From assembly GCA_024626585.2 (NCBI GenBank), contig JANKJI020000004.1, positions 150,784,412-150,804,965 on the forward strand: a DNA stretch of 20,554 nt, read 5' to 3'. The number at the start of each line of letters is the position of its first letter. Within the stretch, counting starts at the first letter, position 1. A model generated the notes under the pieces. It did no database searches. It saw only the letters and a list, made by a program, of their open reading frames with translations, and had not been told where the DNA came from. The DNA comes from Ginkgo biloba. Lineage: Eukaryota; Plantae; Ginkgophyta. The position numbers and the translations under genes were made by a program. This document shows positions 1 through 9,604 of the stretch, piece by piece.

Positions 1-489
1 AAATGTTTGGTAGACCCAACATCATCCTCTAGCTCTATTAGTTGCTAAATAGATCGTGATGTGTGTAAAAGGTGGGGTCACAAAGTACAACCCCTAAAAG
101 AGTGATGCAAAAATGTTTTTGAACCTTTGGGCACTTAATGTTGCCCTTTAGGGATTGAATTTAAAATGACTTGTATCTCCTAAACCAAGTTGAATAAGAG
201 AATGTGTTAACAGAAAATCTATCAAAATCAAGAAATATTTTCAATGGGTGAATTTAAGCTCGGATTGATAAGTTGACTTTTATTTCATTTTTCGTGTTGC
301 TATTTGTACACCTTGAAACTTTTAGATTTAAAGGTTTTTGATTTTTTTGAGCAACTTTATCTTCTGGCACAAACTTTGAAATTGAGCATAAAGTCTCAAA
401 ATTTTAAAAATATAATTTCTTTGATTTATGTGCTAGCGTCTAATATGAAGGTTTTTGACCCTTTGGAAAATTTTCCTTTTGAAGGGAGG

Positions 490-914
490 CTTGAATATGA
501 CTTAAATATCCAAAATCAAAGAAGGGAAAATGCCACACACAATTTGATGCATAAAAGTTGGATAGAATAATAGGAGATCTCTTATTGCAATATTAATGGA
601 AGGAACAATAAGCCTTCTCATAAATTCTCAAGAGCCTTCACAATACTTCCCTTCTCTTAAGAGATTCCTTTGGAATGGGCATGCCCCTTTAGGCCCTTTT
701 ATAAAGAGGTAGAAAACTATAGATAACAAAAGCCAATCTAAGAAAAATTAGCTAAACAAGCCATGCAAGGAAAAATACAACTAAAAATAGCGATCTAAGA
801 CCAATATTAGCAAAATAAATATGGCACTCACTTATTCTATATTATCTTGCTTTACAATGACATAATTAAATAATTATCTACTCACATGGATAAGCCTATG
901 CTTTTCCTTAACCA
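490..914 (-). mobile_element. Possible LTR fragment (non-coding)
   Basis: The minus strand begins TGGTTAAGGAAAAG at 914, resembling the LTR start TGTTAAGGGAAAA at 17257. There is a minus-strand TATAAAA at 697-703. No partner LTR, PBS or TSD was found, and the boundaries are guesses. Confidence 0.2.
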
Positions 915-1981
915 CTTATGCAACCTTCTTTCTAGGTACTAAGCTTCTTTTGGGCCCATAAGAGTTTGTTAGACGCTGTTGGCCCCTTATCTTTTTATAA
1001 CAATTAGTCGCCTCACCCCAATGATTAGAAAGTAATTGCCAAATTTTTTGACCCACTATTTTTTGGCTAAGACCCTTAATCAACCAATGATTATTTAATC
1101 CAAAAAATATTTATTGTTGAATATTTATCTCCATTTATAATGATGGGGTTGTAAAAGTCCCATATATACTTTGATCCTCTTATTTTAGACAAAAGAAGCT
1201 TGTCTCTAAGGCCAAGTCCCCAAGGCACTGCAAAGCATAAACTGTCTCCTAGTTAATTTGGTAGGCCAGTTATGAGTGCAAGGAACAAGATGCAACTCAA
1301 TTAGGGAGATAGGAGAGGATAGATAGAAAAATAACTTGTCAATTCAGAAATATGATTGGTTAAGAACTACAAGTTTATTACATTTTTTAAGAAAGGTTAC
1401 CAATGACAACCCTAGGTATTTNNNNNNNNNNNNNNNNNNNNNNNNNNNNNNNNNNNNNNNNNNNNNNNNNNNNNNNNNNNNNNNNNNNNNNNNNNNNNNN
1501 NNNNNNNNNNNNNNNNNNNNNNNNNNNNNNNNNNNNNNNNNNNNNNNNNNNNNNNNNNNNNNNNNNNNNNNNNNNNNNNNNNNNNNNNNNNNNNNNNNNN
1601 NNNNNNNNNNNNNNNNNNNNNNNNNNNNNNNNNNNNNNNNNNNNNNNNNNNNNNNNNNNNNNCCTCTTTCAACCACTCTAGAACTCTAGCCAAGGCATCA
1701 CATAAGTTTGAGATAAGCAAGGCAACAATGGGCATGCTTGTTTGAGAACCCTAGATGTAGCCAAATGTTGGAGATAACCGACCATTGATAATAATCACAA
1801 TATTTATTGTTGTTAGGATTGCTTTGAACCATAACAAATTGTGGTATTAAATCCCCTTCAATCTTAACATAGCTAGCAAGAAATCCCATTAAACTCTATC
1901 ACACGCAATATGTCTATTTTGAGAAAAGTTACTTTAATATAATGAGTTCTAGTTGTATGGAAGGCTTTTAAAGCAATTATC

Positions 1982-2142
1982 ACACTAGCAACAATCTTTC
2001 ACCCCTTAACATAAATTGATTGATTCTCTAACACTAGTTCCTAAAGAATCTTTCAATAGTTCCTAACACTAGTCTACACTAGCAACAATCTTTCCACCCT
2101 TAACATAAACTGATTGAGTCTCTAACACTAGTTCCTAAAGAA
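1982..2142 (+). repeat. 67-bp direct repeat, two copies (1982-2048 and 2076-2142), period 94 bp
   Basis: ACACTAGCAACAATCTTTCACCCCTTAACATAAATTGATTGATTCTCTAACACTAGTTCCTAAAGAA versus its second copy: 63/67 identical. The 27-bp spacer is made of sub-pieces of the unit (TAGTTCCTAA, CTAACACTAGT). Confidence 0.95.
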
Positions 2143-2654
2143 AGTGTTTACCTTTCTAACTCTCAAGGTTTTACTTTTGTTCATACAACTCACAACACAA
2201 TTCACAATAATCTCACAACTTACTCTACTCTGTTTTATTCACAATCTCATTAATTTTGTGCCTTATAGATCCACATTCACATTAACTTAAAAGAAGATTC
2301 AATATTAACACAATCATTAATAGACATAATAGAACATAAAGAATGCAACCATAAGAGTTATCATTTAGTGAATGCTTCACTTTCATTATATGTACCTTCA
2401 AAGCAATTAGGTAGAGACTAAGAGTAGCTTTGTACACGCTTACAATTATTTATTCTCTCTAGACACTAGATTGCCACCCGTGTCTGCAAATACCTTCTAC
2501 AATGTTTGTATAGAAATCTATTCGATACTATCTCCTGCCTAATCTCTGATTCTTGAATATTCTAAATTCAAATTATGAACATTCTAACTAAATTTTCCTT
2601 TACATCCTTTGTTTCTTAACAAAAGAAAACATTACAAAATACAATATACATTAT

Positions 2655-4433
2655 CCGACCCTTAGAAGCTTGATTACTTCCATGTAATCAGGTCTGTTTT
2701 GTAAATGTGTCAATTCAGAGCTTAAATTGAAGGTTTAGACCTGCTTGCCTTCTTTGCCTCTATTGTTACCATAGGTTTTACTTGATATTTCACATATTAA
2801 AGGTACTTTACCAAATATTCTAACCTATAATTTTTTATCTTAATCTCATTTAAAAAACTCTAAGATTTTCTTTCCCATATTTTTTATTCCCNNNNNNNNN
2901 NNNNNNNNNNNNNNNNNNNNNNNNNNNNNNNNNNNNNNNNNNNNNNNNNNNNNNNNNNNNNNNNNNNNNNNNNNNNNNNNNNNNNNNNNNNNNNNNNNNN
3001 NNNNNNNNNNNNNNNNNNNNNNNNNNNNNNNNNNNNNNNNNNNNNNNNNNNNNNNNNNNNNNNNNNNNNNNNNNNNNNNNNNNNNNNNNNNNNNNNNNNN
3101 NNNNNNNNNNNNNNNNNNNNNNNNNNNNNNNNNNNNNNNNNNNNNNNNNNNNNNNNNNNNNNNNNNNNNNNNNNNNNNNNNNNNNNNNNNNNNNNNNNNN
3201 NNNNNNNNNNNNNNNNNNNNNNNNNNNNNNNNNNNNNNNNNNNNNNNNNNNNNNNNNNNNNNNNNNNNNNNNNNNNNNNNNNNNNNNNNNNNNNNNNNCT
3301 TTGATTTCCTCCCTTTTAGGCTCCGGGGCTTCTTTGTTGCTCATTATTATCTCATATTATGCAACTATCTCAAATTGCAATTTCAAGAATTTGAAAATAA
3401 CTTCAAAAATTTTCTTCTTTACTCCATCCAAGGAGTCATCTTCTTTTGGATGCATCATTTCTTCAACATTGTGCACTTTATTCATATCAACTTCTATTCA
3501 TGCTAGCCAATTTGTATTGTCTTCACTTTTATACTATATTTTTTTTGACAATCTCATAGTGGTATCTTTGCAAGCAATCCTTCAATTGCTTCATCTTAGT
3601 TTTATAATCATCAAGTTTCTTGTTTACCATTTTCAAAAACCCTTCACGTTTTTGATGCCTTCACATGTATCTTCCTAGGCTCTAACTCAATTGTCTAAAT
3701 GTTCAAATCTTCTTTAGCTAAATCCTTTTTCTTCTTTTTCATCCTATCCTTGGGTCTTGACATTGTCATTTTTATTTTTGTTGTGTCCAGTTGCTCAATT
3801 TTAACGCATGCTCTCCTTTTCAAAGGTTCAAATATCATGAGTGTCATCCACTCTTCTTTTCTGGTGTAGACAGTTTGTCTACAATCTCAGTGACATATAC
3901 TTCAACTACTAGATTTTGTTCTTGCATGGTATCTATACCTACAAACTTCTCCTATTACACTTGTTGTTTATTTCTTCCTTTTTTCTTTTCCTTTTGCATA
4001 GAAACATCAGGTTTATCCACCAAATGTGGGCATCTATCTTCTTTTTCTTCTCAAGGTGGCTCATTGTCACCATCTTGACTTGCACCAAATCCTCCTCTTT
4101 GCACTAAAGGTTCTTGATCATTTCTTACTCTTGTCTTTATACTAACACTATTAGAAACTACATCATTCTTTGATCTATCAGGGTACCTTTTGTCCCCTTC
4201 TTTTTTAGTTTGTCTAGGGTTTTCTTTGTGCCCCTTTTTAGTTCATATATTCACCGAATGTGGCTTTTCCTCAAAACTCTATACCTTTCTTTTTCCTTTA
4301 TCCATATTTTCTACTTCTTTGTTAACAATGACTTCCTTTGAAGTCCTAGTATCCTCTTCTTCCTCATTCCTTTTTGAATCGATTCGATTTTAAGACTCTA
4401 TAGACTCATCTCTTTATTGTCTCTCTATTCTAG
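2655..4433 (-). pseudogene. Degenerate K/E-rich ORF, probably a retrotransposon accessory (extra) ORF; no domain recognised
   Basis: One minus-strand frame runs ~4380-3847 (DSKRNEEEEDTRTSKEVIVNKEVENMDKGKRKV*SFEEKP...DKLSTPEKK) with only 5 stops. It continues with frameshifts (MIFEPLKRRACVKIEQLD...KMVNKKLDDYKTKMKQLKDCLQRYHYEIVKK...MSNKEAPEPKREEIK). A DKGKxK motif is common in plant retroelement proteins. The part below the gap at 2892-3298 is tentative. Confidence 0.55.
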
Positions 4434-4553
4434 NNNNNNNNNNNNNNNNNNNNNNNNNNNNNNNNNNNNNNNNNNNNNNNNNNNNNNNNNNNNNNNNNNN
4501 NNNNNNNNNNNNNNNNNNNNNNNNNNNNNNNNNATTTAAGAAAAGGCTTCCAG

Positions 4554-4590
4554 TTAAAATTAGAATATTCTTGGAAGATTCTAATTTTAA
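4554..4590. repeat. AT-rich inverted repeat (13-bp arms)
   Basis: TTAAAATTAGAAT-attcttggaag-ATTCTAATTTTAA. The arms are exact reverse complements, and extra TTC/GAA pairing is possible inside the spacer. Confidence 0.85.
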
Positions 4591-5533
4591 TATTTAAATG
4601 CTAAGTTGACAGCCTTGGAAAGTTTGAAATTTTGCAAAACCAGCCCCACTTTGAGTTCAATTCTTTTTCTTCTTCTTCTTAAAGGGAAGAAAATCTCTCC
4701 GAACAAACCATAGTCAATTCCTGAATACACCATATCCTTCAATCACACATAGTTCTCAAAGCCTAAGAGCTGCCATTTGCAATAGAGTGACTATGTTATG
4801 AGTTTTGGTCGCGAAAGTGCACAAAGAGCAGAGGTTCACAAGTGGGGATGGGTTATGTGTAGTAATTGCGACACGATTCAAAGGAATCGTATACCATTGA
4901 TTTACCCCTGCCCTCAATTGTGAGATCTAATGGACTTGCGACTCCAACGAGAAGAAGGTCAATGTAAGGATTTTGTATGCAGGTCTTAGGGACAAAGTGT
5001 GAAGCATGGGCGGCCAGTGGAACTTGTTTAGANNNNNNNNNNGGCCAAAGAGCGTTTTCATATTCTATAACAAGGGAAAAAGCAAGTCAGCTCATACGGC
5101 TCCAATCCTAACAACCATGGTTGATGCATGAACAACACATGAGTTTGTTCATTTGGGGGTTTGATGGTGTCAGTCTTCAGGACAACGCAAAATACATGAA
5201 AGATAAAATGAATCAAAACAAAAAAATTTCTTAAAGAACGTGGATGCAATCTTTGTGTGTGCATATTACATTTTATAAAAAGCAAGTTACATTAGGGCCA
5301 CTTGGCACTAGCTAATATACAGAGTTCAACTAACTTCAATTAATCTTTGGAGATTAATTTAAGTTAGAATCTTTTACATTTCTTTAGGGTCAGTCAAAAG
5401 GTTCTTTAAGGGATAGCAAAATAGAATAGGATATAGTTATTCTTATTTTTATTTACTCTTAACAAAACTATCTAAAAGAATGTTGTGCAAAACTATAAAA
5501 TTTAGTGTTCAAATTTATTTTAATTTATGTGAA

Positions 5534-5566
5534 AGTGGAAAGCGACCCTTAGGGCCGCTTCGCACT
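5534..5566. repeat. GC-rich imperfect inverted repeat
   Basis: AGTGGAAAGCGACCCT-T-AGGGCCGCTTCGCACT; 13 of 16 positions are complementary. Confidence 0.75.
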
Positions 5567-5609
5567 CTCCTTTGTCTGCAAATAAATTACAATAAGGAAA
5601 ATGCATTAA

Positions 5610-5647
5610 TGTTTCTTAAAGTACCTTTGGAGGTACTTTAAGAAACA
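5610..5647. repeat. Perfect inverted repeat, 17-bp arms with a 4-nt loop
   Basis: TGTTTCTTAAAGTACCT-TTGG-AGGTACTTTAAGAAACA; the arms are exact reverse complements. Confidence 0.95.
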
Positions 5648-6162
5648 ACAGAAAATAGTATGCTTTAATACACAATTATTTGAATTTATCTATAACTCTC
5701 ACATCACTAATACCCCTATTCTTTTGAAATTCATTTATCCAATTGTGATAAACATCTATAATGTTATACTCATTTCTAACCCTCTATTCATAGTAAACTT
5801 ATTAAAATTATAGGATGTTAGTTGATGGGGTTTCTTTCTATAAAACATCTTTGAAAAGCACTCCAACCTTATGCATAGTAGAAATTATAATGCAAACGGA
5901 TGTCTAGACCACATGCTTTCATGCTTAGCTCTTGATATCTTGTATGATCTTTCCTTGATAAAACGTGGCAAAGTTGTACAACTCATAATTGTTCAAAGAA
6001 TCATACAATATCTTAGATAATAAGTAGGAAGTTCATTTGGGAATTCTTCTCCAATCATTTTTNNNNNNNNNNNNNNNNNNNNNNNNNNNNNNNNNNNNNN
6101 NNNNNNNNNNNNNNNNNNNNNNNNNNNNNNNNNNNNNNNNNNNNNNNNNNNNNNNNNNNNNN

Positions 6163-6500
6163 TATCCTTCTCTAATTAAAGTCTCCTATGGACTAAATTC
6201 TTTACTAATAATTTTTACATACTACTTTCTCTCTCCCTTAAGCACTACATTGGGTTTGTATTTATAGTATTTCTTATACAAAATCTATGTGTTAATATGA
6301 GGGGATATATAATACAACTTATTCCCTATCAAATGTATATAATGGATGGGACTTATTCCTCCTCATATGAGAATAGGATATATTAATGATTTCTCCTAAA
6401 ATATGATAAAATGATTATTTGAGGGAGTTTTTTAGAATCCTCACCCCCTTAATGATACTTGGGATAAAACGAATATTAATTTTAATTCCTTTAGATTATG
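6163..6500 (-). mobile_element. Possible LTR fragment with TATA box
   Basis: Minus-strand CTATAAATAC at 6258-6267 followed by a GA-rich tract (AAGGGAGAGAGAAAG), a layout typical of plant LTR U3/R regions. The termini were not identified. Confidence 0.25.
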
Positions 6501-6614
6501 GAATTGAAGTAAGGAAAAAAATAATGAATACATACAGTGTCATTCCTCTTGATAATCCCTATAGACAAATCTCTTATATTATGTATTGATAAATGATAGA
6601 TCCCTATATAATGT

Positions 6615-8075
6615 TTCATGGATTTACAAAACTCTTGAAATCATATTCTTCGAATAATAGTATCCATATACTAATACACCCTTAGAGGATTGGTTTATTC
6701 ATAATATACTTTAAATCTTGGTGATCCACATAAAAATTCAAATGCATTACCTAACAAGAAATTCCTAAAATTCTACACTGAATAGTATCATTTCTAAGGT
6801 TTCTCTCTCAATTGTAAAATAATTATATTTTTCCTTACTCAACTTTCTGCTTGTAAAGTATATTGGATGATCTATACTTCTACACCTTGACTAAGCTAGT
6901 AAAGATATAATCACAATGGTGAATGCATTAGTGTGTACTAAATTCTCTTTCTAGTTAATAAATTATGGAATAGGTGCTTCAAATATTTTTAATTTTAATT
7001 CTTGAAAAGAAGCCTCAAAAGCTTCTACTTAAATGAATAATTCATCTTTCTTTAATAGCGTTTCCATTAGATTTGTTATCTTAGTATATCCTTTTATGAA
7101 TTTCCTTTAATACAATCACTAAGAAAATTCTTTACTTGGGATGTATTTCCTATAGTTTGCAACTCTAAAATTACTCTCACTTTAGTTAGATCCACCTTTA
7201 GGCCTTCTTTATAGATAATATATCTCAACAACTTGCCAAATGGTGTTAAGATTTGATATTGTATTAAATTTAGAGAAATACCAATGTCCTTACATCTTAA
7301 TAATATAGCTCTCAAGTTATTGACCAGTCATCAAGCTATATCTTAAAANNNNNNNNNNNNNNNNNNNNNNNNNNNNNNNNNNNNNNNNNNNNNNNNNNNN
7401 NNNNNNNAGTGCATTAGTCAAACCAAATGGCATGACCTTATATGCATAAGATCCCTATTTTGTAGAAAATATTGTCTTTATTTGATCATCTAGATGAATC
7501 TAAATCTAATTATATATAGAGAATCTATTTGTGAATGAGTATATTTCTCTTCCAACTATATTATTAACACTTCTTCTATAAGTCCTATTGGCAATGGATC
7601 TTTCTTTGTAATAAAGTCTACACAGAACCTTAGTTTCTCATTCTTCTTCTTTGCTATTATAATTGGGAAAACCCTTTCATATTGTTCAATAAGATAACTA
7701 CACCCTAGATCCAATAAATTCTCTATATCCTCTTGGATTTCTTTCATATATTTTTGATTAAATTTGTAAGGTCTTTGCTTTATTGGCTTTGCTCCCTCTT
7801 CCAATTCAATTCTTAATCAACCTATCTTAGGTGGTATTCCTTTTGGGTCTTTATATCTCCATGCAAGGCATCAATAAATTCCTGGAATACTTCAGGTTCC
7901 CTTGCTAAAGTTTCCTCATCCTAATAATCACCAATCTTAACGATTTTATTTTCTCCTCCTCTACCAATGTCATGGATCTTGGTCTTATATGGATTTTGAT
8001 CTAGTCTATTTTTTTGAACACTTATTGGTTCCTCTATCACTTCTCTTTCTTTAACTTGTTCTTTCTTATAGTGTT
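6615..8075 (-). mobile_element. pol: Degenerate Ty3/gypsy pol fragment: reverse transcriptase + RNase H (non-chromovirus type)
   Basis: Motifs in canonical order: KIGDY*DEET, AWRYKDPKGIPP, LEEGAKPIKQRPYKFN, KKKNEKLRFCVDF, KKDPLP, YAYKVMPFGLTNA, *LDDW (YxDD relic, 7327-7338), KEGLKVDLTKV, RKFIKGYTKI, DHPIYFTSRKLS, NYFTIERETL, YVDHQDLKYIMNKP, WILLFEEYDF. Many stops and frameshifts. No integrase follows. Confidence 0.93.
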
Positions 8076-9604
8076 ATGGAATCAAGTTCTCCTAATTAAT
8101 AAATGTATCCATATAAATTTTTTGGCATTACTTTACCAAATGTGATGTTTCATGGAGGTGGCTCCTAAGGATGGAACCTTGAGTATGGTGAAAGTGTATG
8201 ACCTCTAAAGCAGTTGGTGTTGCCTTCTTATCTTTGGAAGAATGGGTTGTATATCCCAAACTAATATGAATTAGAAGATGTGACAAGATAAAAAAGTGAT
8301 AATAATATCAATATCTGATTATTAAAAAAATTTCAACTTGATCTGAAAAGTTATCTTTTGCCTTAATTTTTGTGCTAATGTTTTTACAGATTGAAACTTT
8401 ATACCTTAAATATTTTCAACCCTATGAGTAATTTTTTATTTTAGCATGTGTGTTGAAATGGTTCATAAGACCTTAAAAATTGTAAATCAATTTTTTCTCT
8501 ATATGCATGCCAAAAAAAAAGAGCTTGGNNNNNNNNNNNNNNNNNNNNNNNNNNNNATCCTTATATACACTTTTTTCTTTGAAGGGTAGATCTGATTCCA
8601 TACAAAATTATGTTAGTAATTGGAATCCAAGGAGGCTATTCTTGCATCTTATCTTTTCTCTCTTAACCTAAACTACTGGTAGAAGATACTCTAAAAATGT
8701 CGTACTAACTAGGTCTATTGTCATTTGGTTTTGTACCCCATCCTCTATCTCCATCATTTGCCTAATCACCTCCAAAAACTTGAATATTATCTTTCTCAAG
8801 TATAGGGACTAGAAAAGATCCACCTCTATGATGTGGAGGTATAGTATACATCCTTTGTCTCTTTTAAAGACTTTATAAAAGGGACTCTTATATTTGTAGT
8901 CGGATTATGCATCATCTCTTTCTAATTCATGTACAATGTAGACCTGCAAAACATATTACTACTCCTAGCATCAAATTAAATGTTAGTAAATTTGGAACTA
9001 GGCTTAAAAACTCTAGAACATCTATATTTCCATATTGGCCAAAGTACTTCAATTACAATTCTGTCCCATATATGAGAAACTTCATTACACATATAACTAG
9101 CAATAACACTAATAAAATTAAAAGAGCACTGGAATATTTTTCTAGACAAATCTTGAAAGTACTTCCATACTTTTTAGCAAATTTATAGTTCTAAAACAGA
9201 TGACCTATGCCTTCATTCTCTCCACATATATCATAATCACTATCTTTAGTAGCACGTTTTTATTAACAAGTAAGCCAAAGATTAGATTTTTTTCTCTAGT
9301 TCTATCTGTGAAACATGACTATCAAAATAACTTCAATAATCAAATGAACACAAAGAACACNNNNNNNNNNNNNNNNNNNNNNNNNNNNNNNNNNNNNNNN
9401 NNNNNNNNNNNNNNNNNNNNNNNNNNNNNNNNNNNNNNNNNNNNNNNNNNNNNNNNNNNNCATCCACTGGCACACAAAACACTCTTCACACACGGATCAC
9501 ATGTGTTTGAGGTACATCGAGGATTAGCCCTGTGCCTCTCACTTGTTTGGGCTAGTCGTTTCGGTTGACGTGGGAAGGAGAAGTCCATTCTCTGGCATAC
9601 AAAT

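Noticed and set aside
1982-2142. Repeat-spacer-repeat arrangement as a CRISPR-like array
   Set aside because: There are only two 67-bp copies, the spacer derives from the repeat itself, the context is eukaryotic TE DNA, and no cas genes are present.
3865-3883. Hairpin TGTAGACA-GTT-TGTCTACA
   Set aside because: The 8-bp arms lie inside a coding relic, and a stem this short is expected by chance in 20 kb.
3301-4393. Plus-strand S/F/L-rich ORFs (3301..3678, 3791..4078, 3916..4107, 4190..4393) resembling membrane proteins
   Set aside because: They are antisense shadows of the purine-rich minus-strand ORF.
4798-4923. 41-aa ORF with CSNC...CPQL resembling a zinc ribbon
   Set aside because: It needs an assumed frameshift to obtain the fourth Cys, is very short, and has no other support.
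5655-6062. Minus-strand protein-like translation (YNFATFYQGKIIQDIKS), possibly the N-terminal part of the 2655-4433 ORF
   Set aside because: About 10 stops in ~135 codons is close to the random expectation at this AT content, and any link to the other ORF would cross a 100-N gap.
8600-8953. Minus-strand splice-acceptor-like TTTTGCAG followed by a decayed frame (possible gag N-terminus or exon)
   Set aside because: There is no recognisable motif, it has several stops and a frameshift, and it cannot be assigned.
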